From NCBI GenBank assembly GCA_947477185.1, contig CANJTH010000001.1, positions 1 through 54,413 of the forward strand: DNA of 54,413 nucleotides, read 5' to 3'. The DNA comes from Actinomycetota bacterium (GTDB lineage Bacteria; Actinomycetota; Actinomycetes; Nanopelagicales; Nanopelagicaceae). A program made the position numbers and the translations under genes. Shown here in pieces: positions 29,904-39,340 of the stretch. How positions within the stretch are numbered: position 1 is the stretch's first letter; the number at the start of each line of letters is the position of its first letter. The notes under the pieces were generated by a model. The model had not been told where the DNA came from and ran no database searches. It saw only the letters and a list, made by a program, of their open reading frames with translations.

Positions 29904-31457
29904 ATGAAAAAATTGAAGAATTATCACGCTCAAGTTTGGGATGAGCCACTTGCGATGCAGCTTGGCGTTTCAGGTCGCCGTGGCGCGATATTGCCAACAG
30001 TTGAGGCAGAGATCGTGCAGCGAGTCGGTACTGCACAGGATTTAATACCAGCAGCTCTGCGCCGAAAGAGCCTGCCAGAGCTTCCAGAGATGTCCGAGTT
30101 TGAAGTTCAACGGCACTACCTCCACCTGTCGCAGCAAACGATGGGCATGATGGGTATAAGTCTTTTTGGGACCTGCACAATGAAGTACAACCCGAGGGTA
30201 AATGAAAGACTAGTCTATCAGCATAATGTTACAGAATTAAACCCACACCAACCCGTTGAAACTCTTCAAGGCGTCCTGGAAGTAATTAGTAAATTTGATC
30301 ACCTTCTCCGAGAACTCTCTGGACTAGATCGATTTGTCTTTCAAGCAGGCGGCGGTGCAGATGCTGCATACACACAGGTATGCATTACACGTTCCTACCA
30401 TGCCTCGCGAGGCGAGTTAGCTCAACGCAATGAAATTATTACGACTTCACAAGCGCACCCATGTAATCCAGCTACTGCTGCTGCGGCGGGATTTAAAGTT
30501 ATTACTCTTCCATTAGAGGCTGATGGATTTCCATCTGTAGAAGCTCTCCGCGCAGTTGTTTCTAATCGGACCGCAGCATTGATGGTCAATAATCCGGATG
30601 ACGTAGGCATTTATAATCCGAATATTGCCGAATGGGTAAAAATTGTTCATGAAGCAGGCGGGCTTTGTTTCTATGACCATGCCAATTTCAATGGAGTGAT
30701 GACTCGGCTGCGCGCGGCCGATCTTGGTTTTGATGCATGTATGTATATGTTACATAAGACTTTTGGTGGGCCAAAGGGTGGGGGAGGTCCTGCCGTAGGC
30801 GCCTATGGATGTAATGAAAAACTAATTCCATTCTTGCCGGGACCCCTAGTTGAAGAAGATGCCAATGGCAGCTACTACCTACAAGAGAATCCAAATTCCA
30901 TCATCGGCACGGTCCGAGAGTTCTGGGGAAATGTTCCAGTTGTCATTCGTGCCTATGCCTGGACTAGGGCAATGGGTATCGAAGGCCTGCGTGATGCGGC
31001 CAATATTTCGGTTTTGGCCAACAACTATATGGAAAAACGGTTGATGAAGATTAAGGGAATTTCTATCGGTTTTCCTGACATGAAGAAGCGTCGCCTTGAG
31101 ATGACACGTTACGGATTAGGTGAACTCACTAAAGAGACTGGAGTGAGTACCATCGACGTACAAAATCGAATGACTGATTTCGGTGTCGATGCATATTGGC
31201 TTAGTCATGAACCATGGTTTGTTCCCGAACCTTTCACCCCAGAAGCGGGTGAATTATGGTCGATAGAAGATATAGATTATTGGATTGATGTTTTGGAGCA
31301 TGTCTGTAACGAAGCCCGCACAAATCCGGAGCTTGTCAAAACTGCCCCGCATAATCAGGTAGTGCATAAATTAGATGGCACAAATCTTGATGATCCTGAG
31401 AAGTGGGCTACTACCTGGAAGGCATATCGCCGTAAGTACAAAAAAGATACCCCTTAA
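29904..31457 (+). CDS. gcvPB: Glycine decarboxylase P-protein beta-like subunit (divergent)
   Basis: LPEMSEFEVQRHY..LSQ, GTCTMKYNP, PLP-lysine motif LHKTFGGPKGGGGP. Confidence 0.85.
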   Translation: MKKLKNYHAQVWDEPLAMQLGVSGRRGAILPTVEAEIVQRVGTAQDLIPAALRRKSLPELPEMSEFEVQRHYLHLSQQTMGMMGISLFGTCTMKYNPRVNERLVYQHNVTELNPHQPVETLQGVLEVISKFDHLLRELSGLDRFVFQAGGGADAAYTQVCITRSYHASRGELAQRNEIITTSQAHPCNPATAAAAGFKVITLPLEADGFPSVEALRAVVSNRTAALMVNNPDDVGIYNPNIAEWVKIVHEAGGLCFYDHANFNGVMTRLRAADLGFDACMYMLHKTFGGPKGGGGPAVGAYGCNEKLIPFLPGPLVEEDANGSYYLQENPNSIIGTVREFWGNVPVVIRAYAWTRAMGIEGLRDAANISVLANNYMEKRLMKIKGISIGFPDMKKRRLEMTRYGLGELTKETGVSTIDVQNRMTDFGVDAYWLSHEPWFVPEPFTPEAGELWSIEDIDYWIDVLEHVCNEARTNPELVKTAPHNQVVHKLDGTNLDDPEKWATTWKAYRRKYKKDTP

Positions 31458-32407
31458 TGAAGTTTTCAATCGTTGGCTCTGGAAGCATCGGAGCTGCTTG
31501 GGCAATAACTTTTGCTCGTGCCGGTCATGATGTATCGGTTTATGATGTGGAGCCAGAAAAATTAAATTCTCTCAACTCGGGGCTTTCTACACGGTTACAT
31601 TTTCTGGCAATTGAAGAGTTGATTTCAGAGGACCCCGAAAGTATTTTGAAGAGAATATCTACGACGACCGATCTATCCCTTTGCCTGGAAGGCGCTACTT
31701 ATGTACAAGAGTGTGCGCCAGAAAAGATTGAGATAAAGGAAAGAATATTTGAAGAGTTAGATCGCCTAACTAATAAGAATGTCATTCTGGCGAGTTCCTC
31801 ATCAGCTTTGGGAGCCTCGAAATTCAATCAAAGGATGCAACACCCGGAAAGAGCGCTGGTAGTACACCCAGGAAATCCTCCCTACTTACTTTCGGTTGCC
31901 GAAGTTGTCCCATCAAATAAGACATCGCCCGCAATTACATCTCAAACGATTCTAATTTTAGAACAGGTGGGAATGCATCCTGTTGAGGTTAAGAGAGAAA
32001 TTGAAGGTTTTGTATTTAATCGCTTGCAGGGGGCAGTACTCCGAGAGGCTTACTGTTTGGTAAGAGATGGTGTAATTGGCCCAGAGGAGATTGACTTAAT
32101 TGTTACGCAGGGACTGGGCAAGAGATGGGCAGTTATTGGACCATTTGGAACCTCTTCATTGAATGCGCAAGGCGGTATACGCGATCACGCTTCTCGTATG
32201 GCCGAAAGTTATTATCAGATGGGTAAAGATCGCAATCAAAACGACCCTTGGACTCCAGAAATGGTGGAGTCTGTAGCTGGAGTGATGGAAAAGATATTTA
32301 AGATAGATGAATGGGAATCTAATGTTGAGAAGCGGGATCGCGCATTAGCAGAAATAAATAATTTAATTGCTAATAGTCATAATTTTAATTTCTATGATAA
32401 GAAGTAG
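31457..32407 (+). CDS. 3-hydroxyacyl-CoA dehydrogenase family (lambda-crystallin / L-gulonate or carnitine 3-dehydrogenase-like)
   Basis: VGSGSIG.AWA, QECAPE...K, LASSSS, HPGNPPYL, GFVFNRLQ, GLGKRW..IGPF. Confidence 0.85.
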   Translation: MKFSIVGSGSIGAAWAITFARAGHDVSVYDVEPEKLNSLNSGLSTRLHFLAIEELISEDPESILKRISTTTDLSLCLEGATYVQECAPEKIEIKERIFEELDRLTNKNVILASSSSALGASKFNQRMQHPERALVVHPGNPPYLLSVAEVVPSNKTSPAITSQTILILEQVGMHPVEVKREIEGFVFNRLQGAVLREAYCLVRDGVIGPEEIDLIVTQGLGKRWAVIGPFGTSSLNAQGGIRDHASRMAESYYQMGKDRNQNDPWTPEMVESVAGVMEKIFKIDEWESNVEKRDRALAEINNLIANSHNFNFYDKK

Positions 32408-32416
32408 ATTATTGAT

Positions 32417-32863
32417 CTAATGCCGAGCGACTGGATGCATTTTTTCTCGGTGAAAGTTTTCTATATGAACAGCAAAGAGTTTGAGCTCTGAGATTTTCCA
32501 TACCCCTAGCTCGTAAGTAAATTTGTGATGGTAATGTCCCCACAGGTAGCCAATCTCTGGTTTATGTTGGTATCTATGCCAAGCATAAACATATGAAGTC
32601 GAATGCGCCGACTCGGGTGAGTCAAAATCGAGAATAAAATTTGAAAGGTGATGACTCGTTTGAGCAAAAAGATTATCTAAGCCTCCAGTAAACATAGCTA
32701 AAGCGGCTGCCTTACTTTTTAGGGGCGGGACTTCTGGACCGTAATCGATAAGTACATCCTCGGTAAATAGTTCTATGATTTTTTCGGGCTGATTGGTGTC
32801 AAAATAGAGACAATATTTCTTTACTAAATCTTCAATGGATACGCGGTCTTCACATTTTTCCAT
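32417..32863 (-). CDS. SnoaL-like / NTF2 family protein
   Basis: DR..IEDL...YC...D, ELFTED, TSHHLSN, GHY.H.F....G.WKI. Confidence 0.78.
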   Translation of the reverse strand: MEKCEDRVSIEDLVKKYCLYFDTNQPEKIIELFTEDVLIDYGPEVPPLKSKAAALAMFTGGLDNLFAQTSHHLSNFILDFDSPESAHSTSYVYAWHRYQHKPEIGYLWGHYHHKFTYELGVWKISELKLFAVHIENFHREKMHPVARH

Positions 32864-32952
32864 GGTTCCCCATTTCTCTCCAAAAAAGTATTCTACATTT
32901 GTGCTAAGAATTGAAACATATCAAAACTTTATAATTGATAATAGTCTTTTTT

Positions 32953-32967
32953 GTGCGTCATAAGAAC
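32953..32967. promoter_or_regulatory. Putative IclR operator
   Basis: TTTTTT-GTGCG-TCATA-AGAAC-AAAAAA, with palindromic T6/A6 flanks, in a divergent region. Confidence 0.62.
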
Positions 32968-33076
32968 AAAAAAGTGGTGCAATTATCCTTAAATGCCCTA
33001 GTAAATACTTGTAGTTTGTGTGAAAATTTCTGCATATATCAGGAGAGGATCAAAAAAGTGCTCTGTGATACCGGAG

Positions 33077-34534
33077 GTGTGCAGCATTAACAATAAAGCG
33101 GAGTTTGTTTTCGACTTTGCAGTAATAGGTGGTGGTCCTGCCGGTATGGCTGCTGCAGTGCGCGCCTCTGAAAATGGAGTAGGTGTCGTCCTGATTGATG
33201 AACGGGATTCTCTTGGCGGACAGATATTTAAGCAACTTGGCCCAGGTTTTAAAGTCACAAATCCAAACGAGTTACAAGTACCACCACACATAGGCCAGGC
33301 GCTAATTTCCAAATCTGAACAGAGTAAAATCACTTTTTTTCTAAAAACTACAGTGCTTTCAATAGAAGACAATGACTTAATGGTTGCTAGCGATAGTGAC
33401 CATGTTTCTAGAATAACCTTTAGAAAATTGCTCATAGCAACTGGTGCATATGATCGGCCAGTTGCATTTCCGGGCTGGACACTTCCTGGAGTTATCACAG
33501 CAGGTTCAGCCCAAACATTAGTGAAGACCCAGAGGGTATTACCTGGCTCGAAAATCATTTTTGCAGGAAGTGGGCCAGTTGCCCTCGCTTTTCCCGCACA
33601 ACTTGCCAAATTGGGGGCGAATATAGTTTCAGTTCTTGAGGCTGGACCAGCACCTACTCCAATAAATGTTGTAAAACTTCTCTCCGCATCTGTAGGTAAT
33701 TGGGATTTGATTGTCGATGCCATGAAATATCGTTCAATGCTTGTACGCAAAAGAATCCCTGTGCGATATAGAAGCATCATTGTCGAAGCTCATGGAACAT
33801 CCAGAGTTGAAGCTGTAACAATTGCAAAAGTAGACCGTAACTGGAGAATCAAGCAGGGTACCCAGCAGCGGATAGAGGTGGATACTCTGTGTCTTGGTTA
33901 CGGCTTCCTGCCCTCAAGCGAACTACTGAGATTAGTTGGGTGTGAATTTGAATATGAGGAAAGTAAAGGTGGTCAGGTAATAAAGAGTGACCAATGGGGT
34001 CACACAACTGTACCCAATGTCTATGCAGTTGGAGACGGATCAGGGGTGGAGGGATCCTATATTGCTATTAGCCGTGGAAACTTAGTAGGAATTTCGGTTT
34101 CCAAAGAGTTGAATCACATAGGAATCGACCAGGCGAATATTCAGGCAAAAAAATTTCACTCTGAAACTAGACGACGAAGGGCATTTCAAAGAGCTTTACG
34201 GTCAATGTTTGATGTAAAAGTTGGAATTTTTGAGTTGGCAGATGATCAGACCATTATCTGCAGGTGTGAAATCGTAAGGAAAAGAGAGATTGATCTCGTT
34301 ATTAATTCCACTTCTGACTTATCGGTCGTGAAGGCTATTACCCGCGCCGGAATGGGCTCTTGCCAAGGTAGAAATTGCCAGCGACAGATTTCAGCTATGG
34401 TCGCACTTCGTCACGGGATAGACATCGCAAAAGTTCCGCAGGGGACACCAAGATTCCCAGTTAAGCCAGTGGCATTAGGGTCAATAGCGGATAAGAGCGT
34501 CACCGATCAGAAATACTTTTTTGATGCAAAATAA
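33077..34534 (+). CDS. FAD-dependent oxidoreductase with C-terminal BFD-like [2Fe-2S] domain (HcnB / OoxA / D-Hyp dehydrogenase alpha-like)
   Basis: GGGPAG, LGGQ, IATGAYDRP..FPGWTLPGV, ICRCE and GMGSCQGRNC; start uncertain (33020-33077). Confidence 0.85.
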   Translation: MCSINNKAEFVFDFAVIGGGPAGMAAAVRASENGVGVVLIDERDSLGGQIFKQLGPGFKVTNPNELQVPPHIGQALISKSEQSKITFFLKTTVLSIEDNDLMVASDSDHVSRITFRKLLIATGAYDRPVAFPGWTLPGVITAGSAQTLVKTQRVLPGSKIIFAGSGPVALAFPAQLAKLGANIVSVLEAGPAPTPINVVKLLSASVGNWDLIVDAMKYRSMLVRKRIPVRYRSIIVEAHGTSRVEAVTIAKVDRNWRIKQGTQQRIEVDTLCLGYGFLPSSELLRLVGCEFEYEESKGGQVIKSDQWGHTTVPNVYAVGDGSGVEGSYIAISRGNLVGISVSKELNHIGIDQANIQAKKFHSETRRRRAFQRALRSMFDVKVGIFELADDQTIICRCEIVRKREIDLVINSTSDLSVVKAITRAGMGSCQGRNCQRQISAMVALRHGIDIAKVPQGTPRFPVKPVALGSIADKSVTDQKYFFDAK

Positions 34535-35747
34535 CTCGCACGCCACGGTTACAAGTTTTTTACCAGATGATTCTGCAAATGCCGCTCTTCCGGCCCATTC
34601 AGAGACGGTTATAATTGGCGGTGGACTACTGGGGTCGGCTCTAGCTTATTATTTATCGCAATCAAGGGTTGAAGTCACCTTGCTTGAGCGAGGAGAACTT
34701 AATCGCGAGGCTTCAGGAACTAACGCTGGTAGTTTTCATTTTCAAATTGCAATTCATCAACTGACAAAAGGTGTTACATCAGAGGACGAAAAACGCCTAG
34801 CTGCAGAAGTGCGTTTACAGTTGGATGCAGCCAAACTATGGCATGGATTAGAGAGTGAACTCGAAGCGGATTTAGGGGTTCATTTTACTGGTGGCATTAT
34901 GGTTTCTGAGACGGAAGAAGAGCTTCAAGTTTTGCGCGATAAACAGCATATTGAGAATTTGGCAGGACTTGAAACTCATGTCATGACAGGTGAGGAGATG
35001 CGAAATTTTGCTCCTTATCTCTCCCCGAAACTCAGTGGAATTTCGTATTGCCCTCAAGAAGGCCACGCAAATCCTTTAACAGTTGCTCCCATTTTTGCTT
35101 TACGCGCAGCTCAATCGGGCGCCCAAATACGCAAAAACTGTGAAGTACTTTCAATTACTCCTCTTGATAACACACCTGGTTTTCGATTCAAGGTAAAGAC
35201 AAGCCGAGGCGATATTTTGTGTAACCGAGTAGTTAACGCAGCTGGAGCTTGGACGCAGGAACTTTCATTAAAGCTCGGAATTTCGCTGCCAATAGGCCTG
35301 AGTGGATTGCACGTAAACGTCACCGAGGCTTATGAGCATGTCCTGACTCCGATGGTTCAACACATTGGGCGTCGATTAACACTCAAGCAATCAGCCAATA
35401 ACACATTTATTATCGGTGGGGGTTGGCCTTCTCGTTTACAGGAGTTTCCAAAAAGGTATTCAAACTATTGGGCGAGTGCAGCCGGAAATGCTGCAGTGGC
35501 AATAGATGTGCTCCCGCTACTAAAAGATGTTCGACTTATTCGTGTGTGGTCAGGAATCTGGGCTTACACAAATGATTTCATGCCAATCCTAGGGGAGTCA
35601 AAAAAGCTTCCTGGCTACCATGTAGCTTTGGTACCTACTGGATTTACACTTGGTCCAATGGTTTCTAGCATGCTCGCCGAATACATGGTTTCTTTCGGCA
35701 AGTCTAACCCTATTCCTGACGAGTTTAATGTCGATAGATCAAGTTAG
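34524..35747 (+). CDS. FAD-dependent amino-acid oxidoreductase, DAO family (HcnC / OoxB-like)
   Basis: IIGGGLLG, EASGTNAGSFH, VNAAGAW, D.MPILG, GFTLGP. Confidence 0.87.
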   Translation: MQNNSHATVTSFLPDDSANAALPAHSETVIIGGGLLGSALAYYLSQSRVEVTLLERGELNREASGTNAGSFHFQIAIHQLTKGVTSEDEKRLAAEVRLQLDAAKLWHGLESELEADLGVHFTGGIMVSETEEELQVLRDKQHIENLAGLETHVMTGEEMRNFAPYLSPKLSGISYCPQEGHANPLTVAPIFALRAAQSGAQIRKNCEVLSITPLDNTPGFRFKVKTSRGDILCNRVVNAAGAWTQELSLKLGISLPIGLSGLHVNVTEAYEHVLTPMVQHIGRRLTLKQSANNTFIIGGGWPSRLQEFPKRYSNYWASAAGNAAVAIDVLPLLKDVRLIRVWSGIWAYTNDFMPILGESKKLPGYHVALVPTGFTLGPMVSSMLAEYMVSFGKSNPIPDEFNVDRSS

Positions 35748-35791
35748 ATCGATGTTCAATCCCAATAGTCTCAAAGAAGAGGAGCTAAAGA

Positions 35792-36724
35792 ATGGATCGT
35801 AATTCAGTTGATTGGAAAGGCTATTGGCCTGCTTCACCGACCCCGTTCAAAGAAAATGGGGAGATTGATTTTACACTCCTAGGCTTACTTATTGATAGCT
35901 ACTTAAACCTAGGCATGCATGGCATTTTTATAAATGGCACAACTGGTGAATGGTTCTCGCAAACACATGAAGAGAGGAAAGAAGTTGCAGCTTTCGTTTT
36001 AGATCGTGTTGCAGGCCGCGTCCCTGTTGTAGTTGGCGTAACAACGTTTACGGCCAAAGAGTCAATCAAGCTGGGCGAACATGCGATATCAGTAGGAGCT
36101 GCTGGTATATGTTCATCAGCACCTGCTTATTCTAAAACGCTACCTAATGAAACTTTGGCTTATTTTCAAGACCTTGGGAAAGGCGTATCTGCTCCAACAA
36201 TGATTTATAATTGGCCACATGGGACGTCAATTGAAATCGAAGGGGATCTTGCACGCAGGTTGGCTGATTTAGAAAATGTTGTAGCAATTAAAGACAGCAC
36301 GGGTAATGTAGATCAGTTCTTTGCCACTGCTAAAGCACTCATTAAGGACGTTCGCATATTCGGTAACTTTATGACTCCGAGCAATTTGGATTTCATGATC
36401 GAGTTTGGTGGAGACGGCACAATCGGTGGAGGAAGTATTTTTGGGGCCGCAGATCCGCAATACTGGGAGAATTACTGGGCGGGTAATCTTGAGCCAGTTA
36501 GGGCACATGCAAATCGAAACCTCAAACTTCTTGAAGCTCTTTGGGAGCCAGGCGGTTGGCGCGGTAAATGGGGGGGGTATCAAAGTCAGCTAAAGGTAAT
36601 TATGGCAATAATGGGAGCACCTGGGGGAACTGTACGTAGACCTCGACTTCCAATCACAGATAGCCAAAGCCTTGAAAAAATTAGGTCAATATTGATTGAA
36701 TTCGACATCCCGGTAGTTAAGTAA
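35792..36724 (+). CDS. DapA/NAL family lyase or deaminase
   Basis: TPF, NGTTGEW, IYNWP, Schiff-base lysine in IKDS; GAGGAG RBS. Confidence 0.88.
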   Translation: MDRNSVDWKGYWPASPTPFKENGEIDFTLLGLLIDSYLNLGMHGIFINGTTGEWFSQTHEERKEVAAFVLDRVAGRVPVVVGVTTFTAKESIKLGEHAISVGAAGICSSAPAYSKTLPNETLAYFQDLGKGVSAPTMIYNWPHGTSIEIEGDLARRLADLENVVAIKDSTGNVDQFFATAKALIKDVRIFGNFMTPSNLDFMIEFGGDGTIGGGSIFGAADPQYWENYWAGNLEPVRAHANRNLKLLEALWEPGGWRGKWGGYQSQLKVIMAIMGAPGGTVRRPRLPITDSQSLEKIRSILIEFDIPVVK

Positions 36725-36736
36725 GGAGGATTAACT

Positions 36737-37675
36737 GTGTTCCTTGGAGTAGATCATGCAGGTATTGGCGTCGGGGATATGGATACAGCCCTTGATTTTT
36801 GGGGCCGTAAGCTGGGATTTACCGAACTCTATTTTGATTACACAGGCCCAATTCCTGGATTAGAAGAGATAACAAAGACGAACCAAGTCAAGGCCCGTAT
36901 CGTCATGTTGGGAAATAAGAATTCCTCTCGACTTGGACCAGGAAAAGTAAAATTAGTTCAACGTTTAGATGGCGAAGGAGCACCGCCATATCCTTCAGGA
37001 ATCGGGTATGGTGAAATCGGGCTCGCTGAAGTTTGCCTGCATACGGTTCATACCCAGAAGATTTACCAAGAACTTGTTGAAAAACTTGGCTGCGAATCTC
37101 TCATGGTTCCACTCAATGCCTCAGTTGGCCCACACGATATAGAACTTGATATTGGATATATAGCAGATCCATGGCGAGGGAAAGTTGAACTGATTGAATG
37201 GAAAGGGTTGTGGACATCTCGGCCAGGATTACCAAGAGTTGAAGGCGTCAATCACGTTGCATTCGGAGTATCAGACATGAAAACAACAATTGATTTCTAC
37301 AAGCAATTGGGTTTCCTCGATCAGATATTTGAGTCGACCGAGTTTTTTGAACCAATGGCCCCTTGGTATCAAGTTGGTCGGCCACTCCCAGGGCACCACA
37401 TGACTCTTCACTTATCTTCACAAGGCGCTGGAATCGAACCAGTTCGCCTAACACCACTCTATGAAGATTGTCGAGGCGAGTGGGGGCATGTAGGACCAAT
37501 GGATTTTGGCATTGGTGTCCAAAATATCAAAAAAGGCGTTGCCGAACTTGAGCGATTAGGCATTGAAATGCATTCAGAGATTCAAAGACTCGATGTAGGA
37601 AACTCAGAATATAAGTATGTATATTTTAGGGATCCTGATGATCAGTACGTTTGCTTAGTGGAGAGTTCTTACTGA
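36737..37675 (+). CDS. Two-domain VOC / glyoxalase family protein
   Basis: Two repeats, VDHAGIGV.D....DFW and VNHVAFGV.D....DFY; YIADP..G..VELIE and YFRDPD..LVE; AAGGAGG RBS. Confidence 0.82.
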   Translation: MFLGVDHAGIGVGDMDTALDFWGRKLGFTELYFDYTGPIPGLEEITKTNQVKARIVMLGNKNSSRLGPGKVKLVQRLDGEGAPPYPSGIGYGEIGLAEVCLHTVHTQKIYQELVEKLGCESLMVPLNASVGPHDIELDIGYIADPWRGKVELIEWKGLWTSRPGLPRVEGVNHVAFGVSDMKTTIDFYKQLGFLDQIFESTEFFEPMAPWYQVGRPLPGHHMTLHLSSQGAGIEPVRLTPLYEDCRGEWGHVGPMDFGIGVQNIKKGVAELERLGIEMHSEIQRLDVGNSEYKYVYFRDPDDQYVCLVESSY

Positions 37676-37676
37676 C

Positions 37677-37991
37677 TTATTTATCGACCTGCAGGCCATT
37701 TTGAGTCCTAATCTCCATACCCTCTTTGACCCAAGTCATACATGCCCGAGTATTTGTAATTCCATCGACACTCACTAAACATTCAAAGCACACACCCATT
37801 CCACAAAAGACACCACGTGGATCACCCGCGACCGTAGTGCGCATTGCAGATATCCCCTCGCACATCATTGCGCTCGCAACGCTTTCACCTTCATAAGCAT
37901 TTGCTATTACGCCATTAATTGTTATTTTTACAGCTTCGCCGCGTTCAATATTTCCATCAGAAGGTAGACGAACTGCACGAATATTGGGCAT
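37677..37991 (-). CDS. [2Fe-2S] subunit (HcnA / D-Hyp dehydrogenase gamma-like)
   Basis: GESVASA, RGVFCGMGVCFECLV.VDG...RAC. Confidence 0.88.
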   Translation of the reverse strand: MPNIRAVRLPSDGNIERGEAVKITINGVIANAYEGESVASAMMCEGISAMRTTVAGDPRGVFCGMGVCFECLVSVDGITNTRACMTWVKEGMEIRTQNGLQVDK

Positions 37992-38067
37992 GAGACTAGT
38001 TTCTCAATATTGACTGCAGTTGGCAAGCATTTAGTATCTATTCAAATGAAAAATTTGTTGAAAAAAA

Positions 38068-38082
38068 ATACGAGGAGCGAAC
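38068..38082. promoter_or_regulatory. Putative IclR operator
   Basis: ATACG-AGGAG-CGAAC-aaat, upstream of the minus-strand [2Fe-2S] gene. Confidence 0.5.
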
Positions 38083-38105
38083 AAATATAGTAGTGGCAAC
38101 ACAAG

Positions 38106-39260
38106 TCAATGAAACCGGGAGATAGAAAAAGCCTCTAGATTTCGATCGATTAACTGTCCAGTGGCTAATTGAGCAAGAGTCTTGCCTAACAATGGCCCTG
38201 CCGTTAAGCCCATTCCGGGAAACATTCCAATGAAGACGCCTTTATAACCAGCAACTTCACCAATGATTGGGCGGTGATCGGGGGTCCCGTTACCAACACC
38301 AATCCATGTTCTGATAATTTTAATCGCTGAAATCGAAGGAACTACCTTAATGGCGACCCGCATATTACCCCTCAGTGAATCTGGATTAAGAACAGGTACA
38401 CCCTCGGCATTAATCCTTGCAGGCCATCCACCTCCAATCAAAAGTGAGCCAGACTTTGCCTGTTTAAAAGTCAATCTTTCTCCAGAAAAATAAATCAGAT
38501 GTTTTACAAAAGGAGAGACTATTTCCGAAACACTTACTTGTACTGGTTCGTCAGTAATTGGTAACGAAAGCCCAAAGTTTGCCCCTAATTTAGTTAATCC
38601 AGCATTCGAGGTAAGAAGAATATTCTTACAAGTAAAGTCACCCGCTGATGTCACTAATCGATATCCATTACCATCTTTTGTAATTGTGAAAACTTCTACT
38701 CCAGTAAATATTTTTGCTCCATGCTTCTTGGCTGCTTTTGCAAAAGCTGGTGCAGCAAGCAAAGGGTTAGCTTTGCCTTCTATAGGCGAGAAGGCTGCAC
38801 CGAGCATTTTCTCTGCAATATAAGGAGCCTTTTGCCGAAGTTGATTACCATCAAGTAGTTCCGCAGCAATTCCTATGGATTGCTCAAGTTCAACTTTAGT
38901 CGCAAGAAGAGCCATCTCCTCTTTAGTCTCAGCGACCAGGAGACCTCCACCACGAAATACTTCTAAGTCAGTTTCTAAATCAGTTGAAAGATTGCTCCAT
39001 ATATCAAGTGAGTCAGCTAGAAATCTCAGCGCAGGTAAAAAGCTTTTGCCCCACTCAAATCCGAGTGTATGGAAAGGATCAAACTGAATTTGCCCATGTA
39101 AACTTCCAGCATTACGGCCTGATGCTTGGGTGTTTAAATCAAATTGTTCGCATAGCGCAACTTCATTACCTTCTTTAGCCAGAAAATAAGCAGCAGCAGT
39201 GCCAGTAATGCCCCCACCAACAATAATATTTTCAAAATGATGAATTTGTTGCATTTGCAT
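38106..39260 (-). CDS. FAD-dependent amino-acid oxidoreductase, DAO family (second HcnC / OoxB-like)
   Basis: IVGGGITG, QASGRNAGSLH, TPDHRPIIG, GLTAGP; ATG at 39260 preferred. Confidence 0.87.
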   Translation of the reverse strand: MQMQQIHHFENIIVGGGITGTAAAYFLAKEGNEVALCEQFDLNTQASGRNAGSLHGQIQFDPFHTLGFEWGKSFLPALRFLADSLDIWSNLSTDLETDLEVFRGGGLLVAETKEEMALLATKVELEQSIGIAAELLDGNQLRQKAPYIAEKMLGAAFSPIEGKANPLLAAPAFAKAAKKHGAKIFTGVEVFTITKDGNGYRLVTSAGDFTCKNILLTSNAGLTKLGANFGLSLPITDEPVQVSVSEIVSPFVKHLIYFSGERLTFKQAKSGSLLIGGGWPARINAEGVPVLNPDSLRGNMRVAIKVVPSISAIKIIRTWIGVGNGTPDHRPIIGEVAGYKGVFIGMFPGMGLTAGPLLGKTLAQLATGQLIDRNLEAFSISRFH

Positions 39261-39340
39261 TGGCGCACTCTTCTCTAAAACCATATTTATATTATAGGGT
39301 CTACTCATTCAAAATTAACATGAAATGATTGAAGGAAAAA

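Noticed and set aside
28490-31457. Ordinary glycine cleavage system
   Set aside because: No gcvT, gcvH or glycine riboswitch in the window, and the key conserved motifs are replaced.
32998-33780. 260-aa antisense ORF (also 16084..16647, 24891..25361, 51036..51461, 52264..52677)
   Set aside because: Shadow ORFs opposite well-supported genes, with no recognisable motifs.
33077-37991. Hydrogen cyanide synthase (hcnABC)
   Set aside because: The same three-subunit architecture is shared by opine and D-hydroxyproline dehydrogenases. The catabolic context (DapA-like lyases, transporters) and broken gene order argue against cyanogenesis.
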